Shown here one piece after another: positions 24,498-37,870 of a stretch of DNA of 64,000 bases. The translations under genes were made by a program, and so were the position numbers. Each line of letters starts with the position of its first letter. Position 1 is the first letter of the stretch. The DNA lies in NCBI RefSeq assembly GCF_018977255.1, contig NW_024704743.1, positions 34,598,001 to 34,662,000 of the forward strand, read 5' to 3'. The notes under the pieces are model-generated. The model was not told the DNA's origin, searched no databases, and was given only the letters and a program-made list of their open reading frames with translations. This DNA comes from Callorhinchus milii (lineage: Eukaryota).

Positions 24498-25282
24498 AGG
24501 CAGAGTTCTAGCTGCCCTTGGTTATCCATTCCTCCTAATGTGAGCCCAGATGGTCTTGTGTAATCAATCTACTGTGAGGAACATCATAGCTGAGTAGAAA
24601 CCTGCCTTTCCTGACTTGTACTTTCCAGCAGAGGTCACTGAATAGCGAGCAGGGACCCTAGATTTTTTCCACTCACTGAAGCCAAATTGAAGCACCGTTA
24701 GCTAAAATCACAGAACTTGAATTGAACTCTTGATCTTCTACTTAGCATCACTTAGACAGTGACTTTGTCAACTCAGTCAGTGGGAGGGAGGAGAGAGGGG
24801 CTTGTAAGGTTGATTATTATTCTACATTGTTTTATAATAATCTTTGATTTGAAATAGAGCCTTATCACATTGTTGAGACATCGCTAAGTGCTTCACAGGT
24901 TATATTGTAAAGTGACCATATTTTGTAGGCAAACTTATGTTCTGTAGAATACAGAAGAAAAAGAATCAACCTTGTAAGCCCCTCTCTCCCCTCCTCCCTC
25001 CGACTGAGTTGACAAATTCACTGCCTAAGCGATGCCAAGCAGAAAGTCAAGAGTACAATGCAAGTTCTGTGATTTTAGCTAACGGTGTTACAATTTGGCT
25101 TCAGTGAGTGGAAAAAATCTAAGGTCCCTGCTCGCTATTCAGTGACCTCTGCTGGAAAGTACACGTCAGGAAAGGCAGGTTCCTACTCAGCTGTGATGTT
25201 CCCCACAGTAGATTGATTACACAAGACCATCTGGGCTCACATTAGGAGGAATGGATATCCAAGGGCAGCTAGAATTCTGCCT
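24498..25282. repeat. Long inverted repeat: arms 24498-24815 and 24964-25282, 148-bp spacer
   Basis: Manual alignment of the left arm with the reverse complement of the right arm gives about 24 differences over about 318 bp (roughly 92% identity). Confidence 0.95.
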
Positions 25283-25509
25283 CAGCATAGGGGCAGTGTG
25301 TACAGAGATAAAAGCAAAATAGAGTTTCAAATCAATTTCTGAATTCTCCATGGAATCAGATCACTTTTCATTCGCAACTTATGAACCAAAATTCATTGTT
25401 TACAGACTGGAATATTATGCTTGAATCCGAGCCAAACTTAATAACATTATCCACTTGTAATGAGCACACTGCCAAAGTTGGAAATGGACACCAAGCAGAG
25501 TTGGACTCA

Positions 25510-26310
25510 AGAACAACTACTACTTGGATTTAAAGAGGGCCTTTCACATTAGCAGGACATACCAAGTCACTGGACAGTGAAAGATATGCAACTGAATTGG
25601 AGTCAAGAGGGGTTGAGATAGTAGGATGATCAAAAACCTGGTCAAAGAGGAAGGTCTTGATATAGGCCTAGAAGGAGGCAAGGGTGGGAACGAAGCAGAG
25701 GGGCTCTGGGATGGAGGTCAAGAGGGTGGGAGCAGAAAGACTGAAGGCCTGCCTATGGTGGATATGGAGGCAGTGGACATGGAGCAGATCTGTGCCCGCT
25801 GAGTGGAGATGTTGGTAATGCTTTAGTAGGTAGTAGTAATGCTTTTGTGGAGTCCTGTAGCTCAGTGGTTAGAGCACTCGCTTTGCAAGTGAGAGACCTG
25901 AGTTCAATTCCAGTCAGGGCGAAACCTTGGGCAAGTTTCCTTACTCCACACGCCTAATAATAATCCCTCCAAAAAACAAAACAATAATAAATTGGTCATT
26001 TTCAATCTACGACTGTTTGTGGGACATTGCTGTGCGCAATTGGCTGCCGCGTTCGCCCACAAATATACAGTCAATTCACTTTACAGTGTTCTGTGAAGCG
26101 CTTTGGGACGTCCTCCCGACGTGAAAAGCGCTATATCAAATGCAAGGATTATTATTATTATTATTATTATTATAGGTCACAGAGGTAGGGAAGAGCAAGA
26201 CTGTGGAAGGCTTTAAAAGTAAGGTTGAAGATTGTGAACTCTATCCTCTGGGGGAATGGGGAGCCAGTGAAGCCAGACGAGGATGGGGGGTATCAGCTCA
26301 CAGAGGCTGA
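25510..26310 (-). mobile_element. Older L2 3' fragment interrupted by a young SINE
   Basis: Purine-rich sequence homologous to the other minus-strand L2 ends, on both sides of the SINE at 25849-26173. Confidence 0.65.
25849..26173 (+). mobile_element. Young full-length tRNA-derived SINE
   Basis: Same consensus: ggagtcctgtagctcagtggttagagc...aaatgcaaggat(tat)n. Confidence 0.92.
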
Positions 26311-29300
26311 TGCGGGGAAGGAGTGGAATTGGAGGCCTCCATCACCATCACTGTGGAGCATAGTAGACTAATGCACCAACATTCACCAAAACCACTCCAC
26401 CTCTCATCCTTCATGTTGCTCACTTTATCCAAGTCTTAAATAATAATTGTATTTGATAACATCTCATCACACCTCAGCACTATTTTCAATTTTTCATTCC
26501 AATACAGTTCTGGGGGAGGGTTAGCGCTGCATTGTTGGAAATGCTATCATTCCTATGGAACATTAGCATTGACCTGCTCAACAATCCCCCAAATAAAATC
26601 AGTCATTCACTTCACTGCTGTTTATGCAACATTGCTGAGTGCAAACTGGTATACAAAACAGTTACTACACTAATTCATGAAGTACAAATGGAAGGATAAT
26701 TATTTTTTCTTCATTTTTAAAAAAAAACTTCTGAAGTCTCTGCTGTTGTTCCACCCCCATTATTGTTAACTAAACAGAACAAGCCAGGAATCAAAACTTG
26801 GGTCATTTCTATAGTTCAATACAAGACTCTGAAATCCCCTTAAAAAAGCTCAGTTTCACATCTCACATCGATAGCAGTAGCTCTGAAGCTGCAAATTTGG
26901 ATGTGCATTTATGGTAAATCCACGGGCTTACACTGGGCTGAGTGTGAATAAATCCAGGCATGAAACTAATCCCAGAGGGGAACTGATCATAGAGGTGGAA
27001 CACTGCCAGACATCAGGTTGAAAGAAGCAAACAAACAAGCCATTAATAAGATGCTACATGTTGACTGTAACAATGTAGGAAACACAGATAAATAAAGCAG
27101 CACGTTTCCAAAGGCCTTGGAGTATAATATGTGTACACCTCTGACAAAGATACACTTGATAAGTGCGTAATAAAGAAAATGTATGGTCTCAGAACCCAAT
27201 CTGAAGGAGGAAGAAGCTAAAATCAGTCACACACTTACAAAAAAGAGAAGCAAAACAAGAGGATCTGAAGAATTTTAACAGCTGGTAGACCAGCAGTTAT
27301 GCATCTTCATTCCATCTCCTTCCCCTCCCATTTAAACGTTGCCCATCATCAGTGCAGAATACACTGTTTTCCTGCTGCTGACTGTAGAGTAAGCTGCATG
27401 AATCATTGCTTAGTTATTGTTGCCAGGCAGCTGATGTTGTCAGAGTTACAAGATGAATTAGGCTGACAGTTTCAAGAAAAAAAACACCCCCAGACCAATC
27501 ACTTCCGATAGAAACACTTGAGGATTGAGAAGGCGTTTGCGCAGGGCATTGCTGAGACACAGCTCTATGCAAGACGGTGACGGTTTAATCTTGCCCTAAA
27601 CTTCCATTCCGAGATTTCTATTCCTTCCCCGCCCTATTACAATAGTCTCCACATAATTACGGCATCAAACAAACAATCCTTTGGTCCTGGAATCCAGATG
27701 TTTATCCTATGCTGTTTGTGTAACTCATTTCCAATGCTGTGTTCCAGTTACATTGCTTTATCCATTAATGTCATGAAACTTCTAATGTTCTATTGCACTT
27801 CTGTTCTTCACTTACAAGAGAACACATTTCATCATAAACACATGTTCGCTTATCACAGTTGGACTGTGGATTCCAACTAACTTACCCAAAAAGCTAGTAA
27901 GCATTAAAAAAAAAGCATTTTGTTTTGAAGCATGCTTTAAACATGTCAGTTTGTTTCCTGCACCCTTAAAAACAGGGCTTCTGAATCGACCAGATTACAT
28001 TGATGTCACTTCACACAGAATGTTGAAGCACTGACAAGTCATTGAGCCCCAGTGTTGAGATTTTATTGACTCCAGGAGCCATGTTATAATTCATCGTTAT
28101 AAAACTTGGTAACAAAGCCATGCATCAAGTTGCCATCTGTCATATAACCCAAGCAAATGGCTTTGATATTGGTGACCAATACTGTAGATGGCAATTTACA
28201 GGATTCCTTATAAAAGAAACCAGAAGTTAAATCCACACCAACTGATGAAAAATCTTCTCCCATTTGTAGAAAGGAGCTCCTGCAAGTTAGCATGACGTAC
28301 TTCCCAATACTGGAAGTAGTCCTTGTTTTGTTTCTTTATTAAAAGGAATCTGGTTCCAAAACATAGACCACAGGGTTATTAGCGACTGATGCCTGGACCT
28401 GAACAAGGAGAAGAATCAGAGGCAGCATCAACAGAGGTTCAGTACAATACTGCTGGGTCCATAAAAAACCCTTTACACTGAAAATGTTCCCACCAACACA
28501 ACCTTTCAATCACAGCATGCAACGAGTTACTTTGAAGTGTCGTGATTTATGTAAAGGCTTTTATGTAGGCAAATGCAACAGCTAACCTAGACACCAGCAA
28601 CATTCCACAAATAGAAGCAATTAATTAAAAAATGCAGTAGTTACATGAGCAGATTTACAAACTGGTTACTGAGAGGATTACACATCTCTCATCAGTGAAG
28701 TATCCAACTCCCACACCTTTGTGAATATTTACTCAGGGATTCCTTTGGTTTTTTCCCCCCATAGACTTGCATCAGCCAGCTGACAGGTCGTGTGTGGGAA
28801 AGCAATAGGCTGTATGCACTCTCCAGAGAGCTACCACTATCCAGGCTGATATTTAATGGTTTAAGTTGGTTACTAGTAGTAAGGCAATGCCAAATAACTT
28901 TTTTTTTTTAAAAATGGCAGTGTGAGGAATGCACCCTGCTTACCTAATTATGGAGAATCTTTCCTGCACAATGGCAAGTGCCAAGGCTTGCCATTGTTCA
29001 GGAAATGGCAGATACACTAGAGTCTAACCAGCTAAAATTGCATAGCTTGCCATTGAGAACATCCTCTGCTTGTCCAACACCACCCTACCAATTAGGGCTT
29101 TGGTTTCCAGAAGCAGCGTGGGAAGAGTGCCTGCTCCTTTGTATCTGCCCGTTCAAAGAAACTCTGCTCATTTTTCCTCCCTGCCCCACGGGAAGAATAC
29201 AATACAGAAAGCTCAGGACTCATCCAAACAAAAGCAACTTTTATTATTGATTTAAAAATGGAGATCTGGGAAATGACAGATGTGGAGCCGCCCTATTCTA

Positions 29301-29631
29301 GTGGCTGCCACCTTTGGTACAACATCTGCTGAGCCACATTATGATAAAGGTTCAGCATGATCAGCAATGTGATGATATCTCCTGCATACAGAGAGACAAC
29401 TCCACTTAGACCTAGAAAAAACAGGCACTGGCCTTTCCCTGCCTGCCCAATTTTACACATTCCTATTTGCTGAGGTCCAATGACCTCAAAGAAAGCCTTT
29501 TTTGTTGCAATAATTATTCTAATGTGGGATCTTTAAACATCCACCTCAACAAGCACATGAGACCTTGGTTTAACATCTCATTTAAAACGACAGCACCACA
29601 ACAATCCTGTACCACAATCCTGTGTCAGTCT

Positions 29632-30080
29632 AGGCCATCCACGGCCTTGCTCCCTCCTACCTAAAAGACCTACTATCCCCCTACCTACCTGCCCGTACCC
29701 TCCGTTCCTCCGGCTCCGGTCTGCTCCACGTCCCCCGCCCCAATCGCCCTACCATCGGTGGTCGGGCCTTCAGCCTCTCAGCCCCTAGGCTCTGGAACTC
29801 CATCCCCCAGTGCCTTCGCCTTGCTTCCTCCCTCTCCTCCTTCAAGGCCGGTCTCAAAACCTTTTTCTTTGACCGAGCCTTCAGCTCCCCTCTCAACTCT
29901 CTTCCCCCTCCTCGCTCCCTCCCCTCACCCTGACCATTTCCCCCCTCCTCGCTCCCTCCCTTCCCTCCCCTCACCCTGACCATTTCCCCCTGCTCGGGTC
30001 ATGACCCAACTGTGCAGCGCCTTGGGACGTCCTCCTGACGTGAAAGGCGCTTTATAAATGGAATCTTGTTGTTGTTGTTG
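29632..30080 (+). mobile_element. Young L2 3' end with (GTT)n tail and an internal ~40-bp tandem duplication
   Basis: HGLAPSYL..LWNSIP-coding segment; tail agcgccttgggacgtcctcctgacgtgaaaggcgct...(gtt)n; CpGs retained. Confidence 0.9.
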
Positions 30081-31914
30081 AGCTCAAAGGTATCTGACCC
30101 AACAGGATTATAAGGAGCTTCAAAAAAAATAAAGAAAGTTTTTAATAATAGTTTCAATTCATGAACAAAGCACAAATTGAAAAAAGCATGCAAGAAAACC
30201 TCCAATCACACAAAATCTACTATATTGTGAGTCTTATGCCCATCACCTGAGGAACAGGTAATGGGTGGACATGATATGCCAAAGATAAGTGAGGAAACTG
30301 TTCTTCATTCATAACTATGTATTCCCTCATCTCCACTGCACAACACTCTATTTCCATTGCTGTTGAGGAAATTGGGGATTGGGGTGTAAAAACCAACTTG
30401 AAATGTCTGATTCCCACACCCCCAATTTCTTGACAGCAACAAAATCCAGTGTTGCTGGAAGCAGATTTTTTAAAATTATATGATGCATCATCATTTTGCT
30501 TGGCAGCCTGTTCCACACTATCACAAATGTTATTCTTTTTAAGAGGCTACTGTATTATTTCAACTCTATTAAGCAATTCTGGTAATGGGTTATATTCTAC
30601 TTAAATCGGAAGATAGCATAGGCAATAGCCAGTAACACAACCTCCCACAAAACAAACATTAAGCAACATTTACATCTATATTTATCCCATATATAGGGAC
30701 AAAGGAAAATACACTGGTTACAAATTCTTGCAATCAACAGACTAAGCCTTACAATAAACAGATGGTCATTATATCAAATAGGACAAGCAAGTTTTATAAC
30801 AGCCTATGTGGCATTCCAAAACATGAACTAAGTGCCCTACTGTATAGTTCGGAGGAGGTCAATGAGCCTCCCCCACAAATTTGCATGTAGAAACCAACCT
30901 AGCCTATATTAGCCTCAATAAATCGTTGCCATTCCATTAGCTGAAATTTTCAAAGAATATTGAAACTATGGGGTTATAAGGATTTGCCCATTATATACTG
31001 CATTTAAAAAATATTGAGTAAAATTTACTGACAAGCAGAGAATAACCTGAGCAGCTTTGTTATGGTTAGTTGTCATCTAATGCACTTGAAACACAAAATA
31101 AATAAAACTGGTTACCTAGGGGAAAAAAGCAACTTCCCTGAACCACACATTTGCATTACCATTGTTCCCTTCCCCACACACGCGTGCACAAAAAGCCTAT
31201 AAATATATTTCATAGTAAATTAATATATTGCCAGCATATTAATGTCCAATTGCTTTTGAATGTTCCAGAGATATTAATTTGTGTGAATTATAATAGAATT
31301 GCCTTGGGATTCCTATGTGACTCAACATTAAAATATATAACCACTTTTCAGATAGCTGAAACAAGGATCCAAGATGTTGATGACTACATTGAAATTATGA
31401 GTCAATACGGTCCCACACAAAATATTCATGGAAAATAGTCATGTGGGAGCACAATAGCATGTGACGTCACAAAAAAAAGCAATTAGTTAAAAGCGGTTGT
31501 GGCAACATTCACATAAATGTTTCATTGCCTTTTGTATGCTCATTTCCAACTACTCAGTAGTTTAATATTTTTATATAAATTGTTCATTACAGCTCACCAT
31601 AACGTGCCTGAATAATGGAGATGTTGGAATTCTAAATTAACCTACTTTGCAGTATATATAGCAACAGTTAAAATATCACATGTCAGAACAGACTCCATAA
31701 TTGATTGAATGTTCAATCAAACTATTTATGAAACTGGATCTAATGGGGAGGGGTGGAAGAGAGAAAGGGGTAAAAATAGTGCCCAAGGATATCTGTGCTA
31801 CCACTCTTTTTGATCATGAACTACTGACTTTAATCTTGGTCACTCAGGTCTATGCTGACACCTATTTGAATAGTGCCCTGGTAAAAGTTATACCATACAT
31901 GCACACCAGCTCCT

Positions 31915-32230
31915 ACAACAAAAACAAATTGCATTTGTATACCACCTTTCACATCAGGAGGAGGTTCCAATGCACTGGATGGTCAAGTGTGTGCCCACAA
32001 GCTGACGGTTGGAGTCAAGAGGGATGGAGGGCAAGGGGATGGAGATGGGAGGATGACCGAAGGCAGTCAAAGGGGAAGATGGGCCTTGAATGAGGCAAGG
32101 GTAGGGATAAGGCTGAGGGACTCCAGGATGGAGTGCCAGCAGGTAGGGGCAGAAAGATTGAAGGCCCAACCGCTGACGGTGGGCCGGGGAATGTGGAATA
32201 GGCTAGTGTCTGCTGAGCAGAGAGAGCGGC
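31915..32230 (-). mobile_element. L2 3' fragment
   Basis: RPTVSGWAFNLSAPTCWHSILESL..LASFKAHL. Confidence 0.7.
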
Positions 32231-33109
32231 AAGTTGTTATGCTACCCAAACATGCCTAGCACAACAATATATTTTTCAGTGGAAAATGGAGCCACTTGAA
32301 AACATTTTTATGGCAAGTAGGGAATGGGGAGTAAAAGAACTAATTAGAATAGAGGTCACACAACAACATCTGGTTACCTGAGGGAGTCGTTATTGAATCC
32401 AAATAGCCAATCTCGCATTTTGAACCCCTCATACAACATTACAAAGGTTTGGGAAAATTGTAAAAAACTCTTTTCTCCTCCCACTCATTTTCACCTCCCC
32501 TGAGATGGGGCCTAATGGCCAGTAGTAGACTAAATTGACCTCTTTGTCTATGAATCTTATATATGGAACTTGTTCTCAGTATGGGTGTGTCATTCACGTA
32601 AATCAGGCACACAAGACAAAAAGGAGCAGATTACACCACAAACCACCCAACTACTGAACATGTCAAACCTCTATAAGTCAATTCATTGTGGTGGTAAGCA
32701 CAAAGCTAACCTTTTTACAATTTTTTTTGTTTCCAATTGAGCAATTTTCCCAGACATTGTTTTGTTTTAAAAAAAGCACTCATAGAAAACTTGTCACAAG
32801 GTTCTTTAAAATAATTCAACAACGTGGAGCCAGAACATTTCTGCATTTGGTATAACGCCATACCTCATCAAAACATCTGAAAGCACTTCAGTAATTACTA
32901 CTGTATTAAATAATAATCCTTGCATCTGATATAGTGCCTTATCGGACGGGAGCGGAGTCGGGAGAGCACGGGGCGGAGCCGAGGCCTAGCTGCGTATAAA
33001 GTACAGCCAGGTGAGGAGCCACTCAGATGGGAGTGGAGTCAGGAGAGTGCGGGGGTGTAAATGACGGGGCGGGCGAGATTCACAAAGTGATGTCAGGTGA
33101 CGTCAGTTA

Positions 33110-35480
33110 AAAGACTACCAATAACAACAACAATGGCTTGGCTCTGCTATCCCAGCCATAACCACACAGCCTGTGGGCTGATGCCATCCCGCTGATCGCT
33201 CGCTCCCGGTCTCTGCGTGCGCGTTTTGGCTGCCACCCCAACCCTCCCCTCCATTCTAAATGTCTCGCCTCCAATCCCCCTCTATCCACTACTCCCCCTC
33301 TGTCCTTCTCTCCCACTGCCCTCCCCGCCTTCTTTCTCGCTCCTCGACCCCATCACCACTTCCCTCTGCTCCAACCTGGGCATCCTCCGCCGGGCCCATC
33401 GTGGCTCCAGGCACTGGCTGTCCCAGAGCAGCAACCCCACATGTCCCATCACTCACTCCCTCCACTCAAACCGTCTCCTTAAGGCAAACCCAATTTCCCC
33501 CTCCCCCAAACATACCCTCCCCAACTCTCCACTCACACCACTCTCCACAGCCATCTCTCCTGTACACCCAAAAATCCTCTCCGCATCACTCTCCTCCCTC
33601 CAGAAAACCCACCCGCATTTCCCTACAAAACATCCGTTCACTCTCAAATAAAGCCCTCACCATCCACGACCTCATCCTGGATGAGCTCCTTGACATTCTT
33701 GGGCTTACCAAAACCTGGCTCTCCCCCAATGGCCCCATCCCCCAAGTGGAAGCCTCTCCTCCAGGCTACACCTTCCACCACACACCCATCCAAACCAGTA
33801 TATCAGAAGGGTGGCATTCATTTCCAAAGCCTCGCCTGGTCTTACCCCCTACTCTTCTGGCTGCTTCCCCTCCTTCAAGCACCTCACCCTCTTCCACCCC
33901 TCTCTCCCATTGAAAATCCTTCCTGTCTACCGCCCCCCTAAGCCCCCTGGCTCCTTCCACACAGACATCTCCACTCTCCTCTTCCCTGTCCCTCTGCTCA
34001 TAATGGGCGATTTCAACCTCCACCTAAACTCCCCTCGCACTACTTCTGCCGACTTCACTGCCTTCCTCTCCTCCCTAAACCTCACCCTTCATACAAATTC
34101 ACCCACCCACAACCGTGGTCATGCCCTTGACCTCGTTATCATCCACTGCCTTGACATTTCCGACCTCAGCAAAGTGGACAAGGCCATCTCGGACCACTTC
34201 CTCATCTCCTTCTCCTCTCACATCCCTCTCTTCACCAAGCCCTCAACCATCCTCCAGATCAGTCCCTGCCCCTCTCAAAACTGCTGTCATCACCCATCTC
34301 CTCAAAAAAACCTTCCCTAGATCCCTCAAACCCCAGGTTCTATCACCCTATTTCTAACGTGACCTTCCTCGCAAAAGTCCTAGAACGTGTTGTTGCCAAT
34401 CAGCTTTGCGCACACCTCTCCTCCCACTTCAAACCCCTCCAATCTGGTTTCCGCCTTGCCCACAGTACAGAGACTGTGCTTGTAAAAGTCACAAACTACA
34501 TCCTCGCCATCTGTGACCAGGGCTCCCTCTGCCTCCTTGTCCTCTTGGACCTCTCCGCGGCGTTCGACACAGTCGATCATGCCATCCTCCTCCAACACCT
34601 TTCTTCTGTCATCCACCTCAGTGGGACCACACTCGCCTGGCTCGAGTCCAACCTCACAAACCGTCTGCAGTACATCTGCACAAACTGATTTCTCCTCCCA
34701 CTCTCACCCAGTTACCTGTGGGGTACCCCAAGGATCCATCCTTGGCCCCCTCCTCTTTCTGATCTACATACTCCCTCTTGGGGATGTCATCCACAGACAT
34801 GGGGTACATTTCCACATGTATGCGGCAACACCCAACTCTATTTTTCCACCTCTTTGCGACCCCCAGTCCCCCGATGTTCTGTCAGGCTGCCTGTCAGATC
34901 TCAGGGGCTGGATGAGCGCAAATTTCCTTCAACTGAACGTTGACAAGACAGAAGCCATACTCTTTGGCTCTAGTCAACATCTGAAATCTCACGGCTCTCA
35001 CCTGCTCCACCTACCCGACCTCCCCCTAAAACTCTCCAAACCTGTACGCAACCTGGGCGTCAGGTTCAACCCCCAATTATCCTTCCTCCCCCACATCTGG
35101 TCCCTCACCAGCACCGCCTTCTTCCACCTCCAACATATCGCCCGTCTCCACCAATACCTCTCTCCGAAAGCCACTGAAACCCTAGTCCATGCCTTTGTCA
35201 CCTCTTGGCTGGACTATTGTAACGCCCTCCTCGCCAGCCTCCCCTCCACTAACATCCATAAAATCCAGATTATTCAAAACTCTGCCGCCCGCATTATTAT
35301 CCGCACCAAACTCCTCTCCCCGATCACCCCAGTCCTTGCCAGACTGCACTGGCTGCCTATCCCAGAGAGGATAGATTCAAGATACTCACCCTTGTATTCA
35401 AATCCCTCCATTCCTCTGCACCCCCCTACCTCTCTGACCTCCTCAAAAATATACCCATTGCCTTCATTCCTCCGGGTCTG
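33110..35480 (+). mobile_element. Long degenerate L2-clade LINE (APE endonuclease and reverse transcriptase, frameshifted, internally deleted)
   Basis: Endonuclease motifs LQNIRSL..NK, LGLTKTWL, GDFN, LDL, SDH. RT motifs [36 protein letters not shown], disrupted YADD, and C-terminal [19 protein letters not shown]. The linker between EN and RT is missing near 34250. Confidence 0.92.
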
Positions 35481-36761
35481 GCCTCCTAAAAGTAGCTTAA
35501 GCCGATGAGTCCCAAGGGACACAAAGCTATAAAAACGTGCAACATTCTAATGAAGGAACACCCAAGACATTAAAACAGCCTTGCTCGCCCTTCAGATGCA
35601 AAAGGACCTGCTGTGCATTTCCAATTTTAATTGAAAATTCCCATAACAAACATTTCATTTAAATAGAGATTAAGACTTGGAATTGTTTCACTGCCTTCAT
35701 AGACTAATGTAATAGCAAATCCTTCAGCCAAACCAATATATAGGATTCTTTAGTGAACCCAATACTCACTTCAGTGATCCCAGTACTGTATTTGCAGCAT
35801 ATTTCCTGGCAAAACCCATCAATCCCACTCAACATAAAGCTATTACCACCAATTGGCAGGTGGCCTAGTGATCCCTGGCACAGTACTAGAGTGTTACATA
35901 ACTAAACAGAATGTACTGTTCCCTTGGTCTTACGCATTACAGTATTTGAACCATAATGCTTGTTACCCCAATAACAAGCAACAAGGCAAATGAAATTAGG
36001 GTTACAAAATGGGAACACAATCTCAATTGAAGTACAACGCTCTTCAATTTTTGCTTATTTTTTCTCCTTTCTATGGTGGTGGGGGAGGGGAATGACCTTC
36101 ACTAACGTTAATCTTGACACCAGTTAAAATGAGTTGGGATGAAGTCTGAATGGGTGGTATGGAGAAGAGGTGGGAGAACAAGTGCCATGTGGCTGGAGAT
36201 CATAACCTCTTGGAAAGCCACAGAACAGTTCCCAGCTGAGAAAGGTAACCGGGAAGATGCACTAATGAAATGGAATGATAATGTTGCCAATTCTGAGTGA
36301 ATAAAATAGCTAACACCTTAGCTGATCATGTTCCCAACACTGCATGTAGACAGTAGGAGCTATCAGCGAGTAGAAGAATCACATGACAGCAGAGTCATAC
36401 AGCAAGGTCCTAGGATTGAACTCTGGTACTTGGCCAGTTTACTTAATCTGAGAAGACACAATGATATTATTGTCCAATAGATTGAGTTTTGGGGGGTGGC
36501 AATGAAAGGAGGGATAGATACAATTCAGATTCATGCAGGTGAAGCACATTGGTGGTGAGGGGGGGGAAGAAGAGGAAAGAAAAACAAAGACCAATACAGG
36601 GTAAAACCTGAGCCTTACAGACCCAGAAGATAACTGTTCTGTGAAGGTTAGTGAATCTCAGTAGTCTGGGGTAAAGGAACTAGTACCAGGTCTAAGGGAA
36701 GAGGAAGAAAAAGCCAGGGTTCCCATCCTGATCATTCTCTGAGTGTTGGGTTTGTGCATCA

Positions 36762-37075
36762 GCCTGGCCCAGTTGGTAGCACTCTCAACTCTCGAGTCAG
36801 AAGGTTGTGGGTTCAAGCACCACATCGGGACCTGGAGCTCATATAATCTATGATGACACTTCAATGTAGTGCTGGGTTGGGGGTTGCATTGTTAGAGGTG
36901 CTGTCCTTCCTATGAGACATTAAACTCCTGGAAAAGGGAAGGTAGTTTCTCCTGGTACTCTGGCCAATAACCCCTCAACTAAAATTGGTCGTTCACTTCA
37001 CGGTTGTTTGTGGGACATTGTGTGCAAATTGGCTGCTCCGTTTGCCCACAAAACAGTCAATGATCTTAACAATAT
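36762..37075 (+). mobile_element. Deu-domain SINE with an internal deletion
   Basis: Head ggcccagttggtagcactctc...gggttcaagc; partial core. Confidence 0.75.
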
Positions 37076-37384
37076 ATCCAACAACCTTGAGCTTGGACTA
37101 CAGACTCAGAAGAGCACAGGTCTGCTAGAATAAAGGGTGTGGCCAGAAAAGTGATTAAAGCAATTGACATTTCCAGTCTGGTGAGAGTCTTACGCAAGTA
37201 GGAGGGCCTTAGTAACACAACTCACTCTACATTGATATAGCACCTTTCATGAATGTAGGATGTCTCAAAGTACTTGTAAATTTGTGTTTCATCAGTAATG
37301 CATTGATTTTATTTTCCAGAACTTTTAGGTAACAAATATTTCCTTCTCCCTGGAGACTTCCCCTCAGATAAATGCTTGGGCTCT

Positions 37385-37870
37385 GTCAGGGAAGGTGAAA
37401 CAAAGATGGACACAAGAAGGAGAGGCTGAGGATCAACCCATTGGCGAGCTTGGAGGCAGTAGAGCCTGGTGAGATTCGGGGTAAATGGATACAGAACCTA
37501 ATGTGGGAAAGGATACAGGCCGTGTTGTTCCGGGCAAGGCGATTCTTGTGAAGGGTGAACCAGGCAAAGAAATCCAAGTCTAGAAGCAATAAAGACAATG
37601 GATGAGGGTCTAAAACTCACAAGGTTATGCACTGGTTGAGTGAACAATTGGGGAGGCTGATGGGAGACAGCATGAATTGAACTTGTTGACTTTTTGGTGG
37701 AAAAATTTAAGGCTTAGTTAGTACTCAGGATACCAGTCATCTTGGAAATAAGGTAGAGTTGGAGGACAGCATTATGCGATTGGAAGTTGANCCCCCAGCC
37801 TGAATGAAGGATAGACCACAGGCAACAAAGGATGGTTAACAGAATCCACGAGAGTAGAGGACTTCAAAAA
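37385..37870 (-). mobile_element. Old L2 RT fragment (contains a single N at 37791)
   Basis: SLLLLDLD...AWF motif; purine-rich + strand. Confidence 0.55.

Noticed and set aside
25849..25920. tRNA-Ala(TGC)-like sequence with A and B boxes (also at 20312, 53022, 61754, 11192)
   Set aside because: No paired acceptor stem, and it runs directly into the SINE body; these are SINE heads, not tRNA genes.
34513..35508. 331-aa RT ORF as an active or domesticated reverse transcriptase
   Set aside because: The YADD catalytic motif is destroyed, with multiple frameshifts and an internal deletion.
37791..37791. Single N base
   Set aside because: Assembly ambiguity inside an old L2 fragment, not biological.
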